Assembly (NCBI RefSeq): GCF_943193025.1
Contig: NZ_CALPCQ010000004.1
Coordinates: 1 to 24,000 of the forward strand
Direction of reading: 5' to 3'
Origin: Lactobacillus agrestimuris
GTDB lineage: Bacteria > Bacillota > Bacilli > Lactobacillales > Lactobacillaceae
DNA length: 24,000 nucleotides
A program made the translations under genes and the position numbers. Below are positions 6,826 through 15,375 of this stretch, one piece after another. Below the pieces are notes generated by a model that was not told the DNA's origin, ran no database searches, and saw nothing but the letters and a program-made list of their open reading frames with translations. The stretch's first letter is position 1. The number at the start of each line of letters is the position of its first letter.

Positions 6826-9444
6826 ATGACTAAGACAGAAGAAAAGCATATCGTTACAGAAGAAGAGAAAAATCAACAAATCTACAACATGGTTGATAAT
6901 TTGGTAAAAAAATCACATGTTGCTTTAGATCAAATGGCCAATTTTTCGCAAGAACAAGTAGATAAGATCTGTGAGGCAATTGCAACGGCCGGAGAACAAA
7001 ATGCATATCCATTGGCAAAGATGGCAGTTGAAGAAACTAAGCGTGGTGTCTTAGAAGATAAAACTACCAAGAACATGTATGCTAGTGAAAACATTTGGAA
7101 TAGTTTACGTCACGAAAAGACAGTTGGTGTAATTGAAGAAGATAAGGAGTTAGGTCTAGTTAAGATTGCTGAACCTAAAGGTGTTATTGCAGGTGTTACT
7201 CCAGTAACTAATCCAACTTCAACCGTCATTTTCAAAACAATGCTTGCTTTAAAGACAAGAAATACAATTATTTTTGGCTTCCACCCACAAGCTCAAAAGT
7301 GTTGCGTGGAAACTGGAAAGATTTTGCAAAAAGCTGCTGTAGCTGCAGGTGCTCCCAAAGATGCAATTCAATGGATTGAAGAACCTAGTATCCAAGCAAC
7401 TAATGATTTGATGACCCACCCTGATGTCCAAACCATTCTAGCAACCGGTGGTCCAGGTATGGTTAAGGCAGCATATTCATCAGGTAAGCCAGCCATTGGT
7501 GTTGGACCTGGTAACGGACCTTCTTACATTGAAAGAACTGCTAATATTGAGCGTGCAGTTTATGATATTATTCTTTCAAAGACTTTCGACAATGGTATGG
7601 TTTGTGCTTCAGAAAACTCTGTCGTAGTCGATGATCAAATTTATGATCGAGTAAAAGAGGAATTTAAGAATTGGAATTGCTACTTCTTAAACAAAGAAGA
7701 GATCAAGAAATTTGAACAACACTTTATTGATCCAAAACGTGGTACTGTTGCAGGACCAGTAGCTGGTAAGTCAGCTTATGAAATTGCTCAACTTTGTGGA
7801 GTACAGGTTCCTAAAGATACTAAAGTGATCATTGCCGAATATCGCGGCGTTGGAAAGAACTTCCCATTATCTGCTGAGAAGTTATCACCAGTCTTTACTT
7901 TGTATCGTGCTAAGAGTCATGACGACGCCTTCAAGATTTGTACTGATTTATTAAATTATGGTGGACGCGGTCATACAGCTGGTCTTCACTCTAATGATCA
8001 AAAGATTATTAAGAAATTTGCTATGAAGATGGATGCTTGCCGTATCTTGGTTAACTCACCAGCAGCCTTAGGTGGTATTGGCGACCTTTACAACAACATG
8101 CTTCCGTCACTTACTTTGGGAACTGGTTCATATGGTGCCAATACCTTCTCACACAATGTTGGTGCAAGAGATTTGTTAAATATTAAAACGGTGGCAATGC
8201 GCCGTGACAATATGCAATGGGTAAAAGTTCCTGCTAAGACTTATTTTGAACATAATGCTGCAAACTACTTACGTCATATGCCAGATGTTCATCGTTTCTT
8301 CATCGTAACTGACGAAGGTGTTGCTAATCAAGGATTTGCTGATGAAATTACTGACATTATTTCTAAGCGTCGCGGCAGTAAAGAATATGAAGTATTTAAG
8401 GCTGTAACTCTTGATCCAGATACCGATGTGATTAAAGATGGTGTTCACCGCATGAACATCTTCAAGCCAGACGTAGTCATCGCTATTGGTGGTGGTTCAG
8501 TCATGGATGCCGCTAAGGCAATGCGTTTATTCTATGAAAATCCAGAAATGACTTTTGAAGAAGCTTATCAAAAGTTTCTTGATATCAGAAAAAGAGTAGT
8601 ACGCTTCCCAAAGGAAAATGAAGTCAAGTTAGTATGTATTCCAACTACTTCAGGTACTGGTTCAGAAGTTTCACCAGTCGCAATCATTAAAGATGCAACA
8701 ACAGGTATTAAACATACTTTATGTGATTATGCTCTTAACCCAGATGTTTCAATTGTCGATGATCAATTTGTTCAAGAACTTCCTAAGAAGTTAATCGCTT
8801 GGTCAGGATTTGAAGCTTTAGGTCATGCTATTGAAAGTTATGTTTCAACAATGGCAACTGACTTTACTCGTGGATGGTCACTTGAAGCAATTAAGATTAT
8901 TTTTGAAAGCTTGAAGGCTTCATATGATGGCGATCTTGATGCAAGAAAGAGAATGCATGATGCTGCAACTATTGCCGGTATGGCTTACTCCAACGCCTTC
9001 TTAGGCTTGCAACACTCAATTGCCCACACGGTTGGTTCAACATTTGATATTCCAAGTGGTGTAAGTGATGCAATTGCTCTTCCACAAGTAATTCGCTTCA
9101 ATGCTAAACGTCCACAAAAGTTGGCTATGTGGCCACACTACTCAGTTTACCGTGCTGAAAAAGACTATGCAGATATTGCTAGAGCACTTGGATTAACAGG
9201 TTCAACTGATCATGAATTAGTTGAAAAATTAGTTCAAAAGATCATTGATTTAGCTCATTCAGTTGATATTAAGCTAGCATTTAAGGAATACGGTGTTGAC
9301 GAAAATGAATTTAAGAATAAGGTAGCTGAATTGGCAGTTGAAGCATACGGTGATCAAAACACTGTAACTAATCCAGTATCTCCATTAATTAGTCAAATCG
9401 AAGAACTAATGCTTGCTTGCTTTGATGGTGAAGAAACTAAGTAA
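6826..9444 (+). CDS. adhE: Bifunctional acetaldehyde-CoA / alcohol dehydrogenase
   Basis: An 872-aa protein. The N-terminal half is an aldehyde dehydrogenase domain ([19 protein letters not shown]). The C-terminal half is an iron-type alcohol dehydrogenase ([25 protein letters not shown]). Confidence 0.97.
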   Translation: MTKTEEKHIVTEEEKNQQIYNMVDNLVKKSHVALDQMANFSQEQVDKICEAIATAGEQNAYPLAKMAVEETKRGVLEDKTTKNMYASENIWNSLRHEKTVGVIEEDKELGLVKIAEPKGVIAGVTPVTNPTSTVIFKTMLALKTRNTIIFGFHPQAQKCCVETGKILQKAAVAAGAPKDAIQWIEEPSIQATNDLMTHPDVQTILATGGPGMVKAAYSSGKPAIGVGPGNGPSYIERTANIERAVYDIILSKTFDNGMVCASENSVVVDDQIYDRVKEEFKNWNCYFLNKEEIKKFEQHFIDPKRGTVAGPVAGKSAYEIAQLCGVQVPKDTKVIIAEYRGVGKNFPLSAEKLSPVFTLYRAKSHDDAFKICTDLLNYGGRGHTAGLHSNDQKIIKKFAMKMDACRILVNSPAALGGIGDLYNNMLPSLTLGTGSYGANTFSHNVGARDLLNIKTVAMRRDNMQWVKVPAKTYFEHNAANYLRHMPDVHRFFIVTDEGVANQGFADEITDIISKRRGSKEYEVFKAVTLDPDTDVIKDGVHRMNIFKPDVVIAIGGGSVMDAAKAMRLFYENPEMTFEEAYQKFLDIRKRVVRFPKENEVKLVCIPTTSGTGSEVSPVAIIKDATTGIKHTLCDYALNPDVSIVDDQFVQELPKKLIAWSGFEALGHAIESYVSTMATDFTRGWSLEAIKIIFESLKASYDGDLDARKRMHDAATIAGMAYSNAFLGLQHSIAHTVGSTFDIPSGVSDAIALPQVIRFNAKRPQKLAMWPHYSVYRAEKDYADIARALGLTGSTDHELVEKLVQKIIDLAHSVDIKLAFKEYGVDENEFKNKVAELAVEAYGDQNTVTNPVSPLISQIEELMLACFDGEETK

Positions 9445-9462
9445 ATATAGATAAATAATTTT

Positions 9463-9490
9463 GAGAGAGCCTTCTTGAAGGCTCTTTTTT
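9463..9490 (+). terminator. adhE rho-independent terminator
   Basis: Stem AGAGCCTT (9466-9473) / AAGGCTCT (9478-9485), loop CTTG, then a T-run to 9490. Confidence 0.85.
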
Positions 9491-9544
9491 ATTGCCTAAA
9501 TCTCCTTTATAATGAAAGGGCTATCAAAAGATGAGGGGAAGTAC

Positions 9545-11605
9545 ATGTTTTTAACAGATAGACAAAAAAGGCTACTTTCAATTTTAACCAGAAATCCTAG
9601 TGGAGTAAGTCGCAAGGAGTTGGAAGAGCAATTAGATATTAGTAGGAGAACACTATACCGTGAGTTTAGTGAGCTAAAGAATTCTCTGCTTAAAAATAAT
9701 TTGGAGATTATCAATCATAAAGGAAGTTACCAGCTTAAAGGTGATTTACAGGATATTGAAAAAATCAAGAAAGAAATTAGACAAGTTAAAGAACAAACCG
9801 TAATGTCAATTTCCGATCGAGAGAATGCGATTGCCGCTATGCTCTTAATAGATAATGAGCCGCACAAAATAATTGAATTGGCGCTAGATCTAAAAGTTAG
9901 TGAGGCAACAATTCAAAATGATTTGAATACAGTTGAAAAATCTTTGGCTCAATATAAGATCAAATTAGTTCGTAAAAAAGGTGTCGGCGTCTCACTTGAA
10001 ACTAGTGAAAAAATTCGTCGACAATTATTTGTTAAAATTTTGGTTGATAATATTAATGAGTATGACTTTTTTGAATATTTAAATAAAAAAGAGAATAATT
10101 CGAATATTTTTCTTAGCTTAATAGATCGAGATTTATTAGTAAAAATATATGATTTGTTAAAGCAAAGTGTTTTTAATCAAATTAAAACAAGTACAGATCA
10201 GCAGATAATTGAATTGATTTTAGTATTTGCGACAACTATTAAGCGTGCAGCAGAAGGTCATAACTTAGAAGATATTCCCCAGGAAAAAAATTCCTTAAAA
10301 TATCAGGGCTATGTTTATCGGTTCTTTGCATTATATGCTGCACATCGGCAATTAAAAGTAAATCAAAGTGATATTAATTATCTAGCCAATAAGACCATGC
10401 TTGCTAGTTATCATCACTTCTCACTGTCGTATGATAATGATCAAGAACTTGAACTTTCTATTCAAGTTAAGCAATTTATTGAAGCAATTTCTAATGAAGT
10501 TAAATTCAATTTTCAAAAAAATCCTACTTTTATTAAACGTCTCACACAACATATTTATAATTTAATGAAAAAACGGGTGACTTTGTTACCAGATAGTAAG
10601 ATTGAAACTTTAGCAGTCTTAACTGAAAAATTCAAGGATCTGTATCAAGCAATTGAAAGCTATTGGCCACAATATTTTGAAAGGATTGAGCTGACAAGTT
10701 CAGAAATGCAGCTAATCTTGCTTTACTTTGCTAAAGAATATTCGAGCGGTCAAAGCAATCGAGATTTTTCAGCTTTGGTTGTTTGTGAAAATGGTATTGG
10801 TACTTCCGCAATTCTTAGTGCTCGCTTAAAGCAAAAATTTCCAGAAATTAAAGCTATTAAAATTAGTCGAGTATCAAAACTCAATGATTTGGATTTATCA
10901 AGTTATGATTTGATTTTATCTACACTCAAACTAAATAATTTTTCTCGGGATTATCAATTAGTAAGTCCGTTACTACTGGATAATGAAATAAGTCGAATTA
11001 AAAATTACTTGCGGACATATGAACAAAAGTATCCATTAAAAAGTAAGCAGGAAGAAGTTGAAAGTAACAGAGATTTGGTTGATCAACTTAATAAGTTGTC
11101 AATTAATGCGCTCTTTTGTGCTGAATTAGTCAATGGAGTGCGCGTCCAGCGTCTTAAAGATAATTCGGAAGATTTAATTGCAGTGATTCAGGAATGCTTG
11201 GCACATATTGATTCAACTATTCTTAAGAAAAGGCGACCGGTAGTTAAGAAATTGCTTGAACGTGTCCGCCTGGCTCCAGTTGGTTTGCCAAATAGTAAAA
11301 TGGCTCTGCTTCATACTAGTAGTAAGGAAATTTCTCGCTGTTTATTTACCATTTTTGACCTAGATAATGAAATAACGATGCAGGCAATGGACCATAACGA
11401 AATTCAGGTAAAAAGAATTCTACTAATGCTTGGTCCGGGAGAACTAACTAAAGAAGAACAAGCAGCAATGAATCTAATCTCCAGTATGATTATCATGGAT
11501 GATAGTAATCTTGAGTTATTTACGGATGGAGATCAGGACAAAATTAAACAGGCAATTGCTAGTGAATTTTTCAATAACATAAAAAGTAAATTATTAGGCG
11601 ATTAA
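9545..11605 (+). CDS. mtlR: PRD-domain mannitol operon transcriptional activator (HTH-PRD1-PRD2-EIIB(Gat)-like-EIIA(Mtl)-like)
   Basis: An N-terminal HTH (LTDRQKRLLSIL...SRKELEEQLDISRRTLYREF) is followed by PRD regions, an EIIB-like VVCENGIGTSAILSARLK and a C-terminal EIIA-like segment. It lies immediately upstream of mtlA/F/D. I start it at ATG 9545 because GAGGGG lies 6 nt upstream. The ORF-track ATG at 9512 overlaps a TATAAT hexamer (9508-9513) and has no RBS. Confidence 0.88.
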   Translation: MFLTDRQKRLLSILTRNPSGVSRKELEEQLDISRRTLYREFSELKNSLLKNNLEIINHKGSYQLKGDLQDIEKIKKEIRQVKEQTVMSISDRENAIAAMLLIDNEPHKIIELALDLKVSEATIQNDLNTVEKSLAQYKIKLVRKKGVGVSLETSEKIRRQLFVKILVDNINEYDFFEYLNKKENNSNIFLSLIDRDLLVKIYDLLKQSVFNQIKTSTDQQIIELILVFATTIKRAAEGHNLEDIPQEKNSLKYQGYVYRFFALYAAHRQLKVNQSDINYLANKTMLASYHHFSLSYDNDQELELSIQVKQFIEAISNEVKFNFQKNPTFIKRLTQHIYNLMKKRVTLLPDSKIETLAVLTEKFKDLYQAIESYWPQYFERIELTSSEMQLILLYFAKEYSSGQSNRDFSALVVCENGIGTSAILSARLKQKFPEIKAIKISRVSKLNDLDLSSYDLILSTLKLNNFSRDYQLVSPLLLDNEISRIKNYLRTYEQKYPLKSKQEEVESNRDLVDQLNKLSINALFCAELVNGVRVQRLKDNSEDLIAVIQECLAHIDSTILKKRRPVVKKLLERVRLAPVGLPNSKMALLHTSSKEISRCLFTIFDLDNEITMQAMDHNEIQVKRILLMLGPGELTKEEQAAMNLISSMIIMDDSNLELFTDGDQDKIKQAIASEFFNNIKSKLLGD

Positions 11606-11614
11606 CGTCATTAT

Positions 11615-11650
11615 AAACTCTGGCACAGTTTTGTGCCAGAGTTCTATTTT
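11615..11650 (+). terminator. mtlR terminator hairpin (12-bp perfect stem)
   Basis: AACTCTGGCACA (11615-11626), loop GTTT, TGTGCCAGAGTT (11631-11642), then CTATTTTT. It begins 9 nt after the mtlR stop. Confidence 0.85.
11619..11638. promoter_or_regulatory. Candidate MtlR operator (CTGGCACA-GTTT-TGTGCCAG), the same DNA as the terminator stem
   Basis: It matches the dyad TTGNCACA-N4-TGTGNCAA, which I recall as the Bacillus/Geobacillus MtlR operator, at 12 of 14 specified positions. Its centre is about 31 bp upstream of the centre of the mtlA -35. Confidence 0.5.
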
Positions 11651-11656
11651 TGTGTC

Positions 11657-11685
11657 ATTGTAAACGCTTACTTTTAAATCTATGA
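11657..11685 (+). promoter_or_regulatory. Candidate mtlA promoter (-35 TTGTAA 11657-11662, 17-bp spacer, -10 TATGAT 11680-11685) with an overlapping cre TGTAAACGCTTACT (11658-11671)
   Basis: The hexamers and spacing were read directly. The cre matches TGWAANCGNTNWCA at every position except the last and overlaps the -35, consistent with CcpA repression of a secondary-sugar operon. Confidence 0.6.
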
Positions 11686-11718
11686 TAAAAATGTAAGTTT
11701 TCAAGGGAGGAAAAATTT

Positions 11719-13506
11719 ATGGCTCAAGTAAAAAAGAAATCTTCTTTTAAAGTGAAGATTCAAAAATTCGGAACAACTTTGTCAGGGATGATAATGCCTA
11801 ACATCGCTGCCATTATTGCTTGGGGGTTAACTGCCGCTTTATTCATGTATCCACACGGTTGGTTCCCAAACAAAGATATTAACAATTTGGTTTCACCAAT
11901 GCTTCGCTACCTCTTACCACTTTTAATTGGTTATACCGGAGGTAAGATGGTCGACGAAGAACGTGGAGCCGTCGCAGGTGCGATCGGTACTATTGGTGTT
12001 ATCGTCGGAACAACTCAACCAATGTTCTTAGGTGCCATGATTATGGGTCCACTTAGTGCATGGTTAATTAAAAAACTTGATGATGTTTTCCAAGATAAGA
12101 TCAGATCTGGTTTTGAAATGATCTACAACAACTTCTCACTTGGTATTTTGGGAATGATTGCCGCAATTTTTGCTTACTTCATTATCGGACCAGTAATGGC
12201 TTGGGGAAGTTACTGGGCAGGAGTTGGTGTTAACGCAATTATTAGTGCTCATATGTTGCCATTTGCCAACATTATTATTGAACCAGCAAAGGTATTGTTC
12301 TTGAACAATGCAATTGGTAACGGAATTTTAGTTCCGTTAGGTATTCAACAAGCTGCTGATACTGGTAAGTCGGTGCTCTTCTTAATGGAATCAAATCCAG
12401 GTCCTGGTCTTGGAGTGCTTCTTGCATTTATGTTCTTCGGTAAAGGGAGATCTAAGAGTTCAGCTCCAGGTGCTGCAATTATCGAATTTTTCGGTGGGGT
12501 CCACGAAATCTACTTCCCATACGTATTAATGAAACCTTCATTAATTTTAGCTACTATTGCTGGTGGTATGACAGGTACTTTCTTATTTACAACCTTTAAC
12601 GGTGGTTTAAAGGCAGCTGCTTCACCAGGTTCAATCTTGGCTATCTTGCTTGTTTCAGCCAAAGATTCATACTTCGGTAACATTATCGGGGTTTTAGGAG
12701 CTGCAATTGTTTCATTTGTGATTGCTGCAATTATTTTGAAAGCTGATAAGAGCGAAGACAGTGGTGACTTATCAGAAAAACAAGCTCAAATGCAAGCTAT
12801 GAAGGCTGAATCTAAAGGTCAAGAAACTGAAAATATTGAAAATGCTCAAGATACTATCAAATCATATTCAGATATTAATAAAGTGATTTTTGCTTGTGAC
12901 GCTGGTATGGGATCTTCCGCAATGGGTGCTTCATTACTTCGTGACAAGTTTAAGAAAGCAGGTATTGATATTCCTGTAACTAATATCGCGGTTAGAAACT
13001 TGAAAGATGAAAATGGTTTATTGGTTGTTACTCAAGAAGAATTAGCCGATCGAGCTCTTCAAAAGACACCACACGCAATGCACATTGCCGTAGGTAATTT
13101 CTTAAGTAGTCCAAAATATGACACTATTGTTGCTAACTTTAAGGCAATGTCCCAAATCGAAGATAAGCCATCAGAAAAGCCAGAGGATAAGCCGAAGAAG
13201 GGTTCACTTGAAAATATCGATTTCAGTAAAGTAAAAGAAATTATCTTTATCCGCCATGACCAACATGTTGGTAGTGCAACAATGGCAACAAGCTTGTTGA
13301 AAGATGAAATTAAGAAGGCTGGTAAGAATATTCCGGTTAAGGCCTTAAGAATTAATGAAATTAAAGATGAGCCAAGTGAATTATTAATTGTTACACCAGC
13401 TGCTAAGAAGAATTTAGCCGTTAGATACAGCAATATTCAAATTGTTGTAGTTGATGACTTGCTTAAGGATAAGAAATTAAGTGAAATCGTTAATAAGTTG
13501 AATTAG
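11719..13506 (+). CDS. mtlA: PTS mannitol-specific EIICB component with an additional C-terminal degenerate EIIB-like domain
   Basis: An EIIC-Mtl membrane domain spans residues 1 to about 345. The EIIB domain has the active-site motif VIFACDAGMGSSAMGASLL (Cys393, nt 12895-12897). A Pro/Lys/Glu linker leads to a second EIIB-like copy lacking the Cys. The RBS is GGGAGG. Confidence 0.93.
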   Translation: MAQVKKKSSFKVKIQKFGTTLSGMIMPNIAAIIAWGLTAALFMYPHGWFPNKDINNLVSPMLRYLLPLLIGYTGGKMVDEERGAVAGAIGTIGVIVGTTQPMFLGAMIMGPLSAWLIKKLDDVFQDKIRSGFEMIYNNFSLGILGMIAAIFAYFIIGPVMAWGSYWAGVGVNAIISAHMLPFANIIIEPAKVLFLNNAIGNGILVPLGIQQAADTGKSVLFLMESNPGPGLGVLLAFMFFGKGRSKSSAPGAAIIEFFGGVHEIYFPYVLMKPSLILATIAGGMTGTFLFTTFNGGLKAAASPGSILAILLVSAKDSYFGNIIGVLGAAIVSFVIAAIILKADKSEDSGDLSEKQAQMQAMKAESKGQETENIENAQDTIKSYSDINKVIFACDAGMGSSAMGASLLRDKFKKAGIDIPVTNIAVRNLKDENGLLVVTQEELADRALQKTPHAMHIAVGNFLSSPKYDTIVANFKAMSQIEDKPSEKPEDKPKKGSLENIDFSKVKEIIFIRHDQHVGSATMATSLLKDEIKKAGKNIPVKALRINEIKDEPSELLIVTPAAKKNLAVRYSNIQIVVVDDLLKDKKLSEIVNKLN

Positions 13507-13521
13507 AAGGGGATGAGTTCA

Positions 13522-13971
13522 ATGAAATTAGAAACAAGTATGATCAAACTTAATCAAGATGTTCCAACACGTGAACAAGCAATCAGAATGGCCGGACAAT
13601 TATTAGTTGATGGCGGCTGTGTTGAACCAGAATACATTGATTCAATGATTGCTCGTAATGAAGATGTTTCAACATATATGGGTAATTTTATTGCCATCCC
13701 TCACGGAACTGATGATGGTAAAAAGTTCATTAAGAAAACTGGCATCTCTGTAGTCCAAATTCCGATGGGAGTTGACTTCAGTGATCCAAATGACGACGGC
13801 GCTGAACAACTAGTTACAGTTGTTTTCGGAATCGCTGGTTTGAACAATGAACACTTGAATATTTTGTCACAGATAGCAATTTTCTGTAGTGATGTTTCCA
13901 ACGTTGCCAAATTAGCTGACGCTCAATCACCACAAGAAGTTATTGATTTATTAAAGAATGTAGGAGAATAA
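13522..13971 (+). CDS. mtlF: PTS mannitol-specific EIIA component
   Basis: The motif [10 protein letters not shown] carries the EIIA-Mtl phospho-His, and the protein is about 149 aa. I prefer ATG 13522 (AGAAGGGG 9 nt upstream) over the ORF-track ATG 13513, which directly abuts the RBS. Confidence 0.9.
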   Translation: MKLETSMIKLNQDVPTREQAIRMAGQLLVDGGCVEPEYIDSMIARNEDVSTYMGNFIAIPHGTDDGKKFIKKTGISVVQIPMGVDFSDPNDDGAEQLVTVVFGIAGLNNEHLNILSQIAIFCSDVSNVAKLADAQSPQEVIDLLKNVGE

Positions 13972-13973
13972 GA

Positions 13974-15134
13974 ATGAGAGCAGTACATTTTGGTGCAGGT
14001 AATATTGGTCGTGGATTTATTGGTGAAACTTTAGCTGATAATGGTTTTGGAATTGATTTCGTTGATGTTAACGAAACAATTATTGATGAATTGAACAAGC
14101 GCGGTGAATATGATATTGAATTGGCCGCTCCTGGTAAAAAGAAGATTCATGTTTCTAACGTTGATGGTATTAACAATGCTAAGAATCCAGAAAAGGTTGT
14201 TGAAGCAATTAAGAATGCTGACATCATAACAACAGCTATTGGTCCTAAGATCTTAGCAATCATCGCTCCATTAATTGCAGAAGGTTTGACTGCTAGAGTT
14301 AAGTCAGGCAACACTAAGCCTATCGATGTTATCGCTTGTGAAAACATGATCGGTGGTTCAGAACACCTTAAAGAAGAGGTCTACAAGCATTTAGATGACG
14401 ACGTTAAATCTGAAATTGATAAGTACGTTGGTTTCCCTAACGCAGCTGTTGATAGAATTGTGCCAATTCAACACAATGATGATCCGTTGTTTGTTTCAGT
14501 TGAAGACTTCAAGGAATGGGTAATTGACGAAAGCCAAATGAAGAATAAAGATATCAAGTTGAAGGGCGTTGATTATGCACCAGACCTTGAACCTTATATT
14601 GAAAGAAAATTGTTCTCAGTAAATACTGGTCACGCAACGGTTGCTTATACTGGTAAAAGTCTTGGTTACGATACAATTGGTGAAGCCATTAAAGATCCAG
14701 TTGTTTTGAAGCAAGTAAAGCGTGTCTTAGCAGAAACTCGTTCACTTCTTTACCACAAGTGGAACAAGGAATTTACTGAAGAAAGTCTTGAAGAATACCA
14801 CAACAAGATTGTTAACAGATTCCAAAATCCATACATCTCAGATGACATTGCTCGTGTAGGTAGAACTCCAATCCGTAAGCTAGGATACAATGAAAGATTC
14901 ATTCGTCCGATTCGTGAATTGAAGGAAAGAGGCCTTAGCTACGATGCTTTGATGGAAACAGTTGGTAGAATTTACCACTTCGATGAACCAAATGACAAGG
15001 AAAGCGTCAAGTTAATGCAAATGCTTAAGGATGAAGACTTAAAGGATGTCATCGTTGAAACTACTGGTTTGAAGGATGATCCAGAATTAGTTGAAGAAAT
15101 CATTGCTTCTTACAAGCAAGCTGATAAAGATTAA
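13974..15134 (+). CDS. mtlD: Mannitol-1-phosphate 5-dehydrogenase
   Basis: The N-terminal Rossmann motif is [17 protein letters not shown]. The protein is 386 aa and is the last gene of the mtl operon. An AGGAG RBS is present. Confidence 0.95.
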   Translation: MRAVHFGAGNIGRGFIGETLADNGFGIDFVDVNETIIDELNKRGEYDIELAAPGKKKIHVSNVDGINNAKNPEKVVEAIKNADIITTAIGPKILAIIAPLIAEGLTARVKSGNTKPIDVIACENMIGGSEHLKEEVYKHLDDDVKSEIDKYVGFPNAAVDRIVPIQHNDDPLFVSVEDFKEWVIDESQMKNKDIKLKGVDYAPDLEPYIERKLFSVNTGHATVAYTGKSLGYDTIGEAIKDPVVLKQVKRVLAETRSLLYHKWNKEFTEESLEEYHNKIVNRFQNPYISDDIARVGRTPIRKLGYNERFIRPIRELKERGLSYDALMETVGRIYHFDEPNDKESVKLMQMLKDEDLKDVIVETTGLKDDPELVEEIIASYKQADKD

Positions 15135-15182
15135 ATAATCTATTTTTAAATTTCCCCTCTCAGATAAATAATAGTTAGAAAA

Positions 15183-15212
15183 AGTTCGTAACGAAAGGTT
15201 GCGGACTTTTTT
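15183..15212 (+). terminator. mtl operon rho-independent terminator
   Basis: Stem AGTTCGTAAC (15183-15192) / GTTGCGGACT (15198-15207), 10 bp including two G-U pairs, loop GAAAG, followed by TTTTTT. Confidence 0.75.
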
Positions 15213-15300
15213 GTTAAAATCGATAATTTGAATATCAAGATATACGAGAAGATGACTATATGAAATTTTGATCAGCAAGTATACTTAATCAAAAGAAAAA

Positions 15301-15332
15301 GGGGAAGACAAATGCCTTCCTCTTTTATGTAG
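15301..15332 (-). terminator. Possible pckA terminator (weak)
   Basis: On the minus strand: GGAAG-gcatttgt-CTTCC plus one outer G-C pair, followed by CTTTTTCTTTT. The stem is short, so this call is tentative. Confidence 0.35.
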
Positions 15333-15375
15333 AGAATGATATATAATGTTTGAAAATATATACTTAACTAATTTA

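Noticed and set aside
11620-11636. TGGCACAGTTTTGTGC upstream of mtlA superficially resembles a sigma-54 -24/-12 promoter (TGGCAC-N5-TTGC).
   Set aside because: The GG-to-GC spacing is 11 nt rather than the invariant 10. The -12 element reads TGTGC, not TTGCA/T. The string is simply one half plus the start of the other half of a perfect palindrome, which is better explained as the terminator/MtlR operator. A sigma-A promoter with good hexamers lies just downstream.
13150-13215. The short nucleotide and peptide repeat in the mtlA linker (GATAAGCC twice; EDKPSEKPEDKPKK) as a slippage-prone or phase-variable tract.
   Set aside because: There are only two imperfectly spaced copies, in frame. This is typical of flexible Pro/Lys/Glu inter-domain linkers in PTS proteins, and it is not a homopolymeric or multi-copy tract.
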